64,000 nucleotides of DNA from Eledone cirrhosa (Eukaryota). Position 1 is the stretch's first letter, and each line of letters opens with the position of its first letter. The notes beneath the pieces are model-generated. The model worked only from the letters and a program-made list of their open reading frames with translations, was not told the origin of the DNA and searched no databases. A program made the translations under genes and the position numbers. The stretch is from assembly GCA_964016885.1 (NCBI GenBank), contig OZ024761.1, positions 1,054,001-1,118,000 of the forward strand, written 5' to 3'. Below, one piece after another: positions 40,095 to 54,062 of this stretch.

Positions 40095-40430
40095 TAACCA
40101 TCTGGCATGACCATCTTCCCGTTCTGCAGTGGCAAACCCCTCGTCTGGGATGCCACTTTCTACAGGATGACACTTTCTCCAGGAGCAATCTGGTACAGAC
40201 TGTGACTAACCCAGGTTCTGTTGCACATCGGGCTGAGGAGGCCAACCTCTCCAAATACCGGTCGCTCTCCGACAGGTTTGCGGTCGTACCCTTGGCAGTG
40301 GAGACTTCTGGTGTCCTCGGCCCTAGGGCTACCTTCCTGCTCACCACCATAGGCGCTGAGCTGGCCAGCCGCAGGTGTGAGCCTTGTGAATTGGAATAAC
40401 TCTTCCAACGCATCTCCCTTACCATCCTAC
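40095..40430 (+). mobile_element. CRE-clade non-LTR fragment (restriction-like endonuclease)
   Basis: GKPLVWDAT, AEEANLSKY, PLAVETSGVLG and LFQRIS motifs across frameshifts. Confidence 0.75.
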
Positions 40431-40484
40431 CAAACAGACCTATTATATTAAATCTTTGTTGGTTTTTTTTTCAATAAACAAATC

Positions 40485-40622
40485 TCATTATTTCTGAAGA
40501 CAGCATATATATATGTGAAGGTATGTATATTTCCTCTGATAGTTTGTAATATTTTTACATAGATCTATATTATATACATACCAACACACATATATATCCT
40601 AGAAACGATTGTAAAATGATGA
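40485..40622 (+). ncRNA. Hammerhead with about 100-nt helix II
   Basis: 9-bp helix I UCAUUAUUU/AAAUGAUGA, CUGAAGA, long imperfect stem, GAAAC gauu GUA. Confidence 0.7.
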
Positions 40623-41091
40623 ATTTTTTAATATAAGGAACTTGTTCTTTGTTTTTATTCATTGTTTTTAATATTTTATCTTGACTCTGTTTTCCTGTGA
40701 TTTTCATCGAAAATTTTTGAATGCATCTTCTCTTTTCATGATATTTGGATTACATTGAGTTCTTCATAGGGATTGGACACTACCGTATATTTTGGTAGAT
40801 TTATCTACATATATATATGTGTTTATCCTGGATTCAATCGGGGGTAACCACAGTAAGTAAGGTACTCATACATACATAGATACATACATATATATGACAG
40901 TCGAGGAAACAATGTTTCCATTGGTCTTCCCAATTGCTAATACTATCTATCGGTCGCAACTCCAGGTAGAAGGAGCAACGTGAAATAAAGTGTCTTGCTC
41001 AAGGACATAACGCATCGACCGGTCCAGGAATTGAACTCACAACCTGACGATTGAGAGTTCAATTCTCTTACCACTCAGCCACGCGCCTTAA

Positions 41092-41128
<37 letters not shown>

Positions 41129-41151
41129 GTATATATATATATATATATTTG

Positions 41152-41183
<32 letters not shown>

Positions 41184-41191
41184 TATATTTG

Positions 41192-41223
<32 letters not shown>

Positions 41224-41249
41224 TAGATATATATATATGTATATATATA

Positions 41250-42509
41250 AAATTAACCTGGCTAAGACCAAAGTACTAGTTTGTAGGAAAGAAAACAAGG
41301 CGGCGGTCCCTTCTGGGAAATGGTCGTGCTCGGTGTGTAGGAAAGGCGTAGGTAGAAACTCCATTTTATGTCCTAAATGCAAAGTATGGGTGCATAAAAG
41401 ATGTAGTGGGATCACAGGTAAGCTAACTAAGAACATAGATTTTACATGTGGCCGGTGCTCTGGTGCAATAAGTAGCAGCAAGTGCCCACAAGCTACTAGC
41501 TCTTTCAATTGCGCAGAGGGTTCTATAGAAATAGTGGACAGCTTCCGTTACCTGGGCGATAAAATCAGCAGTGGGGGAGGGTGCTCTGAAAGTACTGTAG
41601 CTAGAGTCGGAACTGGTTGGAAAAAGTTCAGAGAGCTTATACCACTATTAGCTGCTAAAGGGTTCTCACTAAAAATGAAAGGCAGGTTGTACGATGCCTG
41701 CATACGAACAGCAATGCTGCATGGCAGTGAGACCTGGGCATTGTGTGCAGAGGATATACGCAGACTAGAGAGGAACGAAGCTTGCATGCTCCACTGGATG
41801 TGTAACAGTAATATACGTGAACGGCAAAGCATAAACGAACTAAGGAAAAAATTAGAGATAAGAGGGATCAGATGTTGTTTACTCGAGAGAAGGCTACGTT
41901 GGTATGGACACGTGATGCGCATGAAAGTCGATAGCTGTATAACAAAGTGCAGGGCAATAAAGATAGACGGTAGTCACGGAATAGGCAGACCTAGAAAAAC
42001 CTGGGACGAGCTGATAAACTCCGACATCACACACTTACACCTCTCCAAGACAATGTCACTGGACCGAGACCTTTGGCGGTACTCAGTAACAGAGAAGACC
42101 CGCCTTACCTAAATATATAGTAAAACCTACTCCAGCCAGTAGGCATCCCTAACAAAATACACCCCGTCCCACCACCCCCACCCCTACCCCATCCACACCA
42201 CCCCGTTCTATGTAAAGTTATGTTGGTGCCGCGCCATCGAGGCCGAAACAAATGAGATCGTGTAGGTGTCACGACAAAAAAACACACAGTCCACGCTGTA
42301 ATGTGGCCGTGTAGGCAACACGGTAAAAACCTCCCAGACCCACACTGTAAATGTGGTTGGTGTTAGGAAGGGCATCCAACTGTAGAAAACCTGCCAGACA
42401 GTCCTATGCGAGCAAGACAATCACTCTTGCCTCAAGTGGGACTACCCCCGTCCAAACCCATGCAAGCATGGAACACGGACGTTAAACGTTGATGATGATG
42501 ATGATGATG

Positions 42510-42511
<2 letters not shown>
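41250..42511 (+). mobile_element. 5'-truncated RTE-A, almost identical to 37819-39074
   Basis: Only a handful of substitutions relative to the intact copy; inserted in (TA)n. Confidence 0.95.
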
Positions 42512-42595
<84 letters not shown>

Positions 42596-42776
42596 TGCCG
42601 TGTAGGCAACACGGTAAAAACCTCCCAGTTCCACACTGTAAATGTGGTTGGTGTTAGGAAGGGCATCCAGCCATAGAAAACCCGCCAGACAGTCCTATGC
42701 GAGCAAGACAACCACTCTTGCTTCAAGTAGGAAAACCCCCGTCCAAACCCATGCAACCGTGGAATATGGACGTTAA

Positions 42777-42851
<75 letters not shown>

Positions 42852-42863
42852 AAAACAAATAAC

Positions 42864-43046
<183 letters not shown>

Positions 43047-43157
43047 TCGCAGATATATATATATAAAAGACAGCGAGAAGCGAAAACCAACCAAACAGTG
43101 AGTGTGTTCTGTTATTAATTCTGGCAATATTACGCAAATATGACCCTCCCCAAATAT

Positions 43158-43264
<107 letters not shown>

Positions 43265-43328
43265 CAGGGTGTTCGGGATAAATTTGACAGTTTCGGGATA
43301 AATTTGACATATTTATATATATATATAC

Positions 43329-43382
<54 letters not shown>

Positions 43383-43384
<2 letters not shown>

Positions 43385-44012
43385 CGATGGTTGCTAGACA
43401 CTACGGCTTAATACGGGATGTTTGTTTAGAAACACACCGAACATTATAATAAATATTCGGTGAATCCATACGTACATATATATATGTGTGCATGTATGTA
43501 TATATATATATATACATACTACTGTACGTCTGTATACATATATGTATGCACGTGTACATACTTATATTTAAGTAACAGCCGTACTAAGAGTGGGAAATGA
43601 AATTTCATTTCATTTCTTCCGTTTATCGTTTTCGGTGCACCCGGCCGATTAACCCACTCGATATGCAAATTGGGCTTCTCAGCTGTTAATATGCATAAGG
43701 TAAGTATATACGTTCAACAATCTGGCAGGAAGGTATACGTTGCTGACGATAGCTAATAAGCTTGAAACTAGTACAGCGTTCCTTTGTCAGTGTTGAATAA
43801 ACGAGCAACGATGGTTGCTGGACACTATGGCTTAATACGGGATATTTGTTTACAAACACACCGAGCATTATAATAAATGTTCGGTGAATCCATACGTACA
43901 TATATATATGTGTGCATGTATATATATATATATATATATACATACTACTGTACGTCGGTATACATATATGTATGTACGTGTACATACTTATATTTAAGTA
44001 ACAGCCGTACTA
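43383..44012 (+). mobile_element. Retrozyme-like partial tandem (about 424-bp unit, 1.5 copies)
   Basis: Direct repeats 43383-43586 and 43807-44012 flank a complete minimal HHR; no ORF; (TA)n flanks. Confidence 0.75.
43737..43779 (+). ncRNA. Minimal hammerhead
   Basis: ACGUUG-CUGACGA-u-AGCU aaua AGCU-u-GAAAC ua GUA-CAGCGU. Confidence 0.9.
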
Positions 44013-44427
44013 TATATATATATATGCAAAAGTTTATTTAAAATTGTTGGGTTACAACGAGTAAATATTTTATAACTGATATAAAAGCACTCAACAGATT
44101 TTGGAGTATTTTACGATATAAAACAAATGGAAACTACATTTATAAAACCATATTTATTTCATTATATATATTTCAGGGATATCATATTAAAAATATGGTA
44201 TGCCCTCTTCAGATAAAATACAATATATAAACAGTTTTATAAATAAATTTGACATACCTTAGAATTTTACAACTTCCATTTAAAAAGTTGTTAAGAATTT
44301 TACAACTTCCATTTAAAACTTTTTAAAAGTTGTTAAGAATTTTACAACTTCCATTTAAAACTTTTTAAATGGAAGTTGTAAAATTCTAAGGTATGTCAAA
44401 TTTATTTATAAAACTGTTCATATATTG

Positions 44428-44493
44428 TATTTTATCTGAAGAGGGCATACCATATTTTTAATATGATATCCCTGAAATATATATAATGAAATA
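44428..44493 (+). ncRNA. Hammerhead (mirror copy at 44155-44220 -)
   Basis: UAUUUUAU-CUGAAGA-GGGcAUAcCAUAUU uuu AAUAUGaUAUCCC-u-GAAAUAUAUAUA-AUGAAAUA. Confidence 0.75.
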
Positions 44494-44534
44494 AATATGG
44501 TTTTATAAATGTAGTTTCCATTTGTTTTATATCG

Positions 44535-44566
<32 letters not shown>

Positions 44567-44764
44567 CATATATATATCTATATATACATATATATATCTA
44601 TATATACATATACATATTTATTAAAATAACAGATTAAAGTTTAAGCAAAGAATCGCTGCTTTCACCTTTAACGGGATCTTCTGAAACCCTTTGGATTTTA
44701 GTCTTCAAATTTATTATTATTACTATATATATACACATATATATATATACATATATATATATAC

Positions 44765-44813
<49 letters not shown>

Positions 44814-44874
44814 CATATATATATATACATATATATATAAACATATATATATATATATACATATATACATATAT

Positions 44875-45610
44875 ACAGGTAAGGAGAAATATGTATGCAG
44901 TAGATGTACAGGGAAATTAGACAGTAGAAGTCGCACTGATAGACACATTTTTCAAATGCAAGAGGGCGCTATAGAAGTGGTGGATAGCTTCCGGTACCTA
45001 GGAGATCAGATTAGCATGGGAGGAGGGTGTTCCGAGGCCATAGTATCTAGAATAAGGACGGGTTGGAAGAAGTTTAGGGAGCTGCTTCATCTGTTGACGA
45101 AGAAGGGTTTCTCCCTGCGTACGAAAGGCCGGTTGTATGATGCCTGTGTGAGGAGCGCGATGCTGCATGGTAGTGAGACATGGGCAGCAACTGCAGAGGA
45201 TATGCGACGGCTGGAGAGAAATGAGGCAAGCATTCTCCGTTGGATGTGCAGTGTAAATGTGCGTGAACGACCCAGCATAAATGTGTTGGGAGAGAAACTG
45301 TGTCTGAGAGGGATAGAATGTAGTGTACGGAAGAGGAGACTGAGGTGGTATGGACATGTGATGCGCATGGAGGATGACCGATGGGTGAAGAAGTGCCAGG
45401 AAATGCCAGTTGAAGGAAGATGCGGTAGAGGTAGACCACGAAAAACATGGGGCGGAGGTGGTGAGAACAGACCTCAGATCATTGAAGCTCACGGTAGAGA
45501 TGACGAGGGACCGTGACGAGTGGAGAGATGCTGTGCTGAATAAGACCCGTCCCACCCTTGCAAGCAGGGAAAAGCGGACGTAAAATGATTATGATGATGA
45601 TGATGATGAT
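44875..45610 (+). mobile_element. 5'-truncated RTE-B
   Basis: Matches 21985-22700 and has the same tail. Confidence 0.92.
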
Positions 45611-45633
45611 ATATATATATATATATATATATA

Positions 45634-46512
45634 AACCACGTAAATGGTATAGCAGAAGTCGTAGACTAAAATTCTAACTAGGAGACCAAATGAATCTCCG
45701 CTACTTCTTGTTTTCTCCGAACATTCGTGTATTTATTTGTAGGTATGTGTGTGCGCTTGTTATATACGTATTTATTTACTTATATACGTTTATATAATTA
45801 TTTATTTATTTGTACACAAGCATACACACACACACATATTTATATGTGCGTGGTTTTGTATACCTATGGTAAGGTTTTGCGTATGCTTGTGCATGTACGT
45901 ATCTGTTTGCGTGTATGTATTTATTTGTTTCTATTACTTCTGTATTGTATTTATTTACTTTGTTCTTAACTCTGTAGCGGAGATTCATTTGGTCTCCTAG
46001 TTATAATTTTAGTCTACGACTTCTGCTATACCATTTACGTGGTTTTGTCTTTGCGTGCAATTGTTCTCCACGCTCCACATATGACTTATTATCTTCGTTT
46101 TTTCGTTCATTGCCAGAGAACGTCTCTATGCACCACTTAGAGAACATTAGTCTACGACCTCTTTTATACCATAAACGTGGTTCTGTCTTTGTGCGTAATT
46201 GTTTTTCACCGCTCCTATTAATGACGTATTATTCGTTTTTTCCCGTTCTTTGCCAGCGAACGTTTCCACGAACCAAAGTATCGTCTTCCTGTCTTCCTCC
46301 GGTTGCAACGTTTTTTGAAATATCCAGTTCTGCGTTTACAGATTGACTTTGTTAGTTTCAGAAGATCCCGTTAAGGGTGAAAGCAGCGATTCTTTGCTTA
46401 AACTTTAATCTGTTATTTTAATAAATATTTGCTCTACGGTTTTTTTATATATTTGATATATATTTTCCTTATCGAGCCCTCTTTGGATTTTAGTCTTCAA
46501 TTTTATTATTAT

Positions 46513-46516
<4 letters not shown>
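45634..46516 (+). mobile_element. Non-coding Penelope-like family with degenerate HHR (copies at 27869-28530, 25281-25484, 44614-44722)
   Basis: High identity between loci, internal duplication of about 140 bp, short inverted 5' pieces, CAGAAGA-TCCC-GTTAA-GGGT-GAAA motif. Confidence 0.65.
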
Positions 46517-46553
<37 letters not shown>

Positions 46554-47184
46554 CAATATATATATATATACATATATATATATACACACATATATATACT
46601 TATATATATATATACATATATATATACATACATATATATATGTATACATATATATATATATACACATATATATATATACTTATATATATATACATATATA
46701 TATACATACATATATATATATACATATATATATAATCCCTGGGCTTCAAGTCCTGTAGAAGTCATTTTTATATAAAATATTTATACTCTGCTATGTATTG
46801 AGTACCTTACTTACTGTGGTTACCACAATTGAATTCGGGATAAACATATATATATATATATATATATGTTTATCCCAAATTAAATTACTTCTCAATAAAG
46901 TGGAATCTGTGTATATATATATAATGTATATGTGTATATATATATTTAATATAGAAATGGCTTCTACAGGACTAGAACTGTTTCATTCGAGAGAAATCAT
47001 CAGGAAGCCCTGGGCTTCAAGTCCTGTAGAAGCCATTTCTATATTAAATATTTATACTCTGCTATGTATTGAGTACCTTACTTACTGTGGTTACCACAAT
47101 TGAATTCGGGATAAACATATATATATATATATGCAGAGTATAAATATTTAATATAGAAATGGCTTCTACAGGACTTGAAGCCCA

Positions 47185-47226
47185 GGGCTTCCTGATGATT
47201 TCTCTCGAATGAAACAGTTCTAGTCC
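47185..47226 (+). ncRNA. Minimal hammerhead (mirror copy at 46969-47010 -)
   Basis: GGGCUuc-CUGAUGA-uUUC ucuc GAAu-GAAACaGUUC-uAGUCC. Confidence 0.65.
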
Positions 47227-49214
47227 TGTAGAAGCAATTTCTCTATTAAATATATATATATATACACATATACATTATATATATATACACAGATTCCACT
47301 TTATTGAGAAGTAAGGTTTTCAAGTGGCACAAAACTTTCGAAGAGGGCTGAGAAAATGTTGAAGAGAAACTCCGTTCTGAAAGGCCAATTTCACAATAAA
47401 TTACCAAAATGTGGAAATGGTGCGAGCGGAGATAGTGAAAGATTGTCAATAACCACATATTTAGAACATCAAGGGAAGAAAGCGACACCATTTTTATTTG
47501 AATTAAATATATTTGTCATTTTTTTAAAGATTTTATATATCCATCTTGCCCGGGGTCTACCCCTGGGTCTCTTGCCGTTTGATTTTGCCCATAAAATCTT
47601 CCAGCGGGATTGTTGGATAACATCCATGAGCTCAGCTGGCCTCGCTTGGGAATCCATCCAGATTAATTGCAGATGGTTGCTTCTGACAGGACCCGTTGGA
47701 TGAAATGTTTGATGATAGAATGTTTTATTGTGTTCGTTCCGGCTCTCAGCTCTCCGAGTTCTAATCCCACCGAGGTCGACTTTGCCTTTCATCCTTTCCA
47801 GTTTGATAAACAAGTACCAGTCTAGTACTGGGGTCGATTCTTCCTCTGTCTGGAAGAAATCTGCTGTACTCAGACCTGGAGAGGGATGGGCTCCGTCAGG
47901 TATAAAAGTCCCAAGAAATGCCATATGTCAATACGATGCCTCTGTGACACCACCAGGAGTTACGGGACTAAAAGTGGTGGTGGAAGGTGTGGGTGTTGTG
48001 GGCATGATAAAAGTATTCCTATTCTGAATTCTGAACCGGATACATAGAAAAATATAATCAGAAAGACATTGTATGGTTAAAACCTGATAGCCAGTAAATT
48101 CAAAAAAATTTGCCAGCGGGTGTGTCATTCAGTCTTGTTTATGTGAGAAAATATTGAAGTTTTGATGTGTAGAGTTATGACCTTTCCACTAAGTCTAATG
48201 CGTTGTGTTGTTTCCTAGTCACTGTGTCAGTATAAGAAAAAAAACAGGATACATTAGATATTGTAAATTATAAATTATATATGCATGCATGTAAATATAT
48301 GTATGTATGTATGTTTATATATATATACAGACATATGCATTTATGTATATGTATATATACAAATACATACATACATACATACATACATACGTATATATAT
48401 ATATATAATTGTGGTTACCCCCGATTGAACCTAGTGTGTGTATGTGTGTGTGTGTATATCCCGGGTTCAATCAGGGGTAACCACAGTAAGGAAGGTACTC
48501 AATACATAGCAGAGTATAAATTTTTACTATAGAAATGGCTTCTACAGGACTAGAACTGTTTAATTTGAAGGAAATCATCAGTCGAATGAAACAGTGCTAG
48601 TCTTGTAGAAGCCATTTCTATATTATATATATATATATATATATAGGAAAATGTATAAACCCGACGGCAGAACTCAAGCCGTTTCGACGGCTATTTCTGG
48701 ACTCTGCAGTCCAGAAATAGCTGTCGAAACGGCTTGAGTTCTGCTGTCGGGCTTATACTTTTTCCTATTACCCACTCTACTACGCTACGTATTGAGTACT
48801 CTGGTGCGTTATGGTCCATCTGGTTCCTTACCACACGTCCTTCGTTATCATCATCATCATCATTCATTTCATTTTACGTCCGCTTTTTCCCTGCTTGCAA
48901 GGGTGGGACGGGAACTGATGCTGGCTTGATTTCTACAGCTGGATGCCCTTCCTAACACCAACCTCATTTACAGTGAGTGCTGGGTGCTTTTTTACCGTGG
49001 CACCTCCACGACCACTTTGCAGTGGAATGATATGGACCCCAGTCCCTATCATCTCATTTCTACAGCTGAGTAAACTGGAGCTATGTGAAATAAAGTGTCT
49101 TGCTCAAGGAAACAACACATCACCTGGTCTGAGAATTGAACTCACAACCTTTCGATTGCAAGGCCAATGCTCTAACCACTAAGCCATGTGCCTCCATTAT
49201 ATATATATATATAT

Positions 49215-51284
49215 AGAATAAGGAAAAGCGAAGTAGTTTCAGATGTTCAAGTCTTTTAATAATATTGTTTCTACTATTGGCACAAGGCCAGCAATTACCC
49301 AGTACATTACTGGTACTTTATTTTATTGACCCCGTAAGGATGAAAGGCAAAGTTAACCTCGGCGGGATTTGAACTCAGAATGGCAAGGGCCGTAACTATG
49401 CGTCAATGGCGACAGTGGCCACACTGTTCTGTGTGCGAGTGTCGTGACATCGTCAGACAGCTTGTTACATAATAAGGTTATGTTTCCGAGGCAATCCAAA
49501 TTGAATCGACACGGGAACGGACGAAGCGTGTGCTCTTGGGTTCTTCATCTGTCCCCCTGTGAGTACCAATTCACACCCACCGGTCTGCGCAGGCACAGGT
49601 CCGAAGGAAGTTGACCATTATCTACCGCAGATTTCAACAAAATTCACTTAGTCAGTTCCCCGTCTCAACCAAACACTGACCCTATTCAGGCCTGTAATAT
49701 ATAGCTTACTGCTACCTACCCTGTTCCCGTGTCGATTCAATTTGGATTGCCTCAGAAACATAACCTTATTATGTAACAAGCTGTCTGACGATGTCACGAC
49801 ACTGGCACACACTGGCGCACGGAACAGTGTGGCCACTGTCGCCATTGAAATATATATCACAGCTTTATTATTAAAAGACTTGAACATCTTAAACTACTTC
49901 GCTTTTCCTTATTCGATATTTACTCCGGCACTCCTATGTGGAATAAGTACGTTGAGTGCTTGAATTGAATTGCATCAATGTTTACCCTAAGAATTTAGCT
50001 CCAATTAGTTGAGCGCTCTATGATGTAACCGATATAGTGGAGAAGAGAGGAACCAGCCACAAGCTACACCTGGAAATTCCCTCTACCATGGGGATGGAAA
50101 CCCCTGATACTGGACGGACATAATAATAACTTTCGGCAGGATAAATACGCGGAAACAAAAAGAAAGATAAACCCCTATTTTCCTGCACCAAATCGCTTTT
50201 GAACAGAAGCCCCTCAATTCAATCTATATATGGACAAATTGACAATCAAATTAATCATCTATCTCATTTTGCATATATGTACTGTATGTGTTTTTGCATT
50301 TACTAGTTTTTTTCTTTTGTGTACTTTATATCTGTTTTTTTTTGGTTTTGTTCCATGTGATGGAAATTCTAACTATGTACCCACCTAACTACTACCTTTC
50401 ATACTGTAATTTACCCTCCGTTCTACTGTACGGTACTATCGTTCAGTATGTAGATAATATAACTGTAACATTAATACCCCTTTCAAAACTTCTTACTTAA
50501 ACATCTCTCTACGTAGTAGATAGTATAGGTGCATATATTATTTACTCACTTCAATCTATGTTTTTACTCACCTGAATCCAGATTCTCACTTGAAAAATTT
50601 TTTCATTTTTAATTCTAATTTTTAATATTTGATTTCTGATTTTCGATTTTAAATTTTAAATTTTAGTTCTAATTTCCAACTCTCATTCATAACTTCCACT
50701 GTGAAACCATGATACCTAGAATTAAGTATATTTTCTCTTAGAGGTTGATGGTCAATTATACTGTCCATGCTTAATGAGAGGTAGTATTGATACCTATAGA
50801 TACTCACACTCTCCCATCCCCACTGGCTTTCGACTGACTGTCACAGATGGGGTAGGTAGTAGTAAGCTATATTACAGGCCTGAATGGGTCATTGTTTGGC
50901 TGAGAAGGGGAACTGACTACGCGAATTTCGTTGAAATCTGCGGTAGCTAATGGTTAACTTCCTTTGGACCTGTGCCTGCGCAGACCGGTGGGGGTGAATT
51001 GGTACTCACAAGGGAACGGATGAAGAACCCAAGAGCACACGCTTCGTCCGTTCCTGTGTCGATTCAATTTGGATTGCCTTGGAAACAACCTTATTATGTA
51101 ACAAGCTGTCTGATGATGTCACGACACTCGCACACAGAACAGTGTGGCCACTGTCGCCATTGAAATATATATCACAGCATTCTGAAACTACTTTGCTTTT
51201 CCTTATTCGATATTTACTCCGTCACTCCTATGTGGAATAAGTACGTTGAGTGCTTGAATTGAATTGCATCAAAATTTACCCTAA

Positions 51285-51285
<1 letters not shown>
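49215..51285. mobile_element. Penelope-type insertion: inverted pLTR (49215-49720, split by a SINE), direct pLTR (49721-49995), body and pLTR (50854-51285)
   Basis: Three copies of one roughly 430-bp unit in -,+,+ order, each carrying an HHR or part of one. The body has no clear ORF. Confidence 0.7.
51105..51178 (+). ncRNA. Hammerhead with long helix II (second copy at 49780-49863)
   Basis: GCUGU-CUGAYGA-...CGACA..GCACAC..GUGUGGC..UGUCG..-GAAAUAUAUAUC-ACAGC. Confidence 0.75.
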
Positions 51286-51355
<70 letters not shown>

Positions 51356-51659
51356 ATACACGGTTAAAAGGCTCCCAGACCACACTGTAAACGTGGTTGG
51401 TGTTAGGAAGGGCATCTTGCTGTAAAAATCCCAGCCAAATTACAAGGTACGGCACGGCTACCTGGCCAGACTTGTCTCATGACATGGGTGACCCATCTAA
51501 CCCATGCAAGCATGGAAATATTTATGTGTATATGTGTGTGTATCAACAAGAAAAAAAAAAGTGTTCTATATATAAAAATAGAACTAATTTATTATGAATC
51601 ATACACAGAAAATTTACTGCAAAACCTTACATTCCATTGTCTGAATAGGTTGCCAAAGT

Positions 51660-51886
51660 TTGCAAATGGTTGCCAAAGGTTGCAAATGGTTGCAAATGGT
51701 TGTAAATTGCTGCAAATGGTTGCAAATGGTTGTAAATGGTTGCAAATAGTTGTAAATTGCTGCAAATGGTTGTAAACGGTTGCAAATGGTTGCAAATGTT
51801 TGAAAATGGTTGTAAATTGTTGCAAATGGTTGTAAATGGTTGTAAATTGTTGCAAATGGTTGTAAATGGTTGCAAATGGTTGTAAA
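51660..51886. repeat. 10-bp tandem repeat
   Basis: tgcaaatggt/tgtaaatggt. Confidence 0.95.
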
Positions 51887-52212
51887 TCATTACAAATACA
51901 TGTATGACATATTTAGTAATGCAGCTTACTTCTTTATTAAGCTGGTGTTTAGAACATAACAAAACGTTCTTACATAAAAGTGTTATGGAAGATTTTTAGA
52001 TAAATATAAACACTTTGAAATGTGTGGCTTCATAAAGAGTGATGTGTTCATGCTATAAGATAGGGTGAAAACCCTTAACATTTAAACCAGTCATATCCGG
52101 TCAGAATTCTCTCACCTCCTTCTGTTCAAACTGGCTGTAACCAGCTGCATACACACACACGCACACACATGAATCTCTCTCTCTCTCTCTCTCTCTCCCT
52201 CTCTCTCCTCTC

Positions 52213-52308
<96 letters not shown>

Positions 52309-53479
52309 GTGTGTGTCTGTGATAGAAAGAAAGGAGAAAAAGATTTTAACCCTTTAGCACTAAAACCGGCCATATATGGCCAGAATTCTCTCACCTCTTT
52401 CTTTTCAAACCAGCCATAACTGGTTCGTACTGATGTGAGGGTACTGTTCTCAAAATAAATAATATCAAGATCTCATAGATTCGATATTATGCGAGTTAAT
52501 TATGTGAGGTAAAGCCTTTACAGTGAAAATATAATAGTGAATATAGAGTAATGTAAATGCTAAAGGAGTAAAGAAAGAAAAAGAAGGTGCCATCAATCAC
52601 TACAAGGAATTGAACCTCTTTGATTCCTCATAGTGGCTGATGGCAGCTTCTTCTTTCATATGAGAGATGAGGGGGGGGGGGTCTTCTCTCTATTTTATAA
52701 ACTATTGTGCGTCAAGTATGAAATTTGTAGAAATTTGCAGAAGAAAAACAAATTTCTACAAATTTCATACTTGACAACCCAATATTTTATAGCTTCTCTA
52801 TGCATAAGCATGCTACTTTTTATATTAACTTTATTCCCTCTGTGCTTCAAAAAAGTCCGAGAGGTCGGCTTCTTATACATGATGTTTATATTAAAGAAAC
52901 AGGTGTGGTTTCAGGTGTTTTGGTATCACAATAGTTAAATGAGTTTAATATACAGAAGCCCCGGCTTCCCTACATACAAATTTAACTTACAGTCAGAAGG
53001 CCCCTCCTAACCAAATATACACCCCATCCCACTACCCCTACTCCATCCTCCCACTCCCACCAACACCACCCTTCCTCTATAAAGTTATGTTGGTACCACA
53101 ACATCCAGTCCAAACTAAAGAGGTTGTGTAGGTGTCACAACAAAAAAACACACAGTCCATGCTGTAATGTGGTCATGTAGGAAACACAGTAAAAAGGCTC
53201 CCAGTCCACACTGTAAATGTGGTTGGTGTTAGGAAGGGCATCCAGCTGTAGAAAACCTGCCAGATACAGTCCTATATGAGTGAGACACGGTCACCTGATC
53301 AATCTTGCCTCAAGTGGGAAAATTCCCATCTAATCCATGCTAGCGTGGAAGATAGACGTTAAACGATGGTGATGATGATGATGATAAAGTATGGGGATTT
53401 GTAAAGAAGTATAGTTTTGCAAAGATTATAGTGAGTTAAGTAAGGTCAATTAATGCTTTGAACCTACAGACCTGCTGTT

Positions 53480-54062
53480 CCAATATGTGACTATATCCCA
53501 CCATCCCACCATCCCAGTACCAACAATATGTGACTATATCCCACCATCCCACCACCCCACCACCAACAATATGTGACTATATCCCACCATCCCAGTACCA
53601 ACAATATGTGACTATATCCCACCATCCCACCATCCCACCACCAACAATATGTGACTATATCCCACCATCCCACCACCAACAATATGTGACTATATCCCAC
53701 CATCCCACCACCCCACCACCAACAATATGTGACTATATCCCACCATCCCAGTACCAACAATATGTGACTATATCCCACCATCCCACCATCCCAGTACCAA
53801 CAATATGTGACTATATCCCACCATCCCACCATCCCACCACCAACAATATGTGACTATATCCCACCATCCCACCACCAACAATATGTGACTATATCCCACC
53901 ATCCCACCATCCCACCACCAACAATATGTGACTATATCCCACCATCCCACCATCCCAGTACCAACAATATGTGACTATATCCCACCATCCCACCACCAAC
54001 AATATGTGACTATATCCCACCATCCCACCATCCCACCACCAACAATATGTGACTATATCCCA
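53480..54062. repeat. 32-39-bp minisatellite
   Basis: caacaatatgtgactatat(cccaccat)n. Confidence 0.95.

Noticed and set aside
44111-44536. Fold-backs as sequencing chimeras
   Set aside because: Most pairs have diverged arms or later insertions in one arm; this near-perfect one still needs read support.
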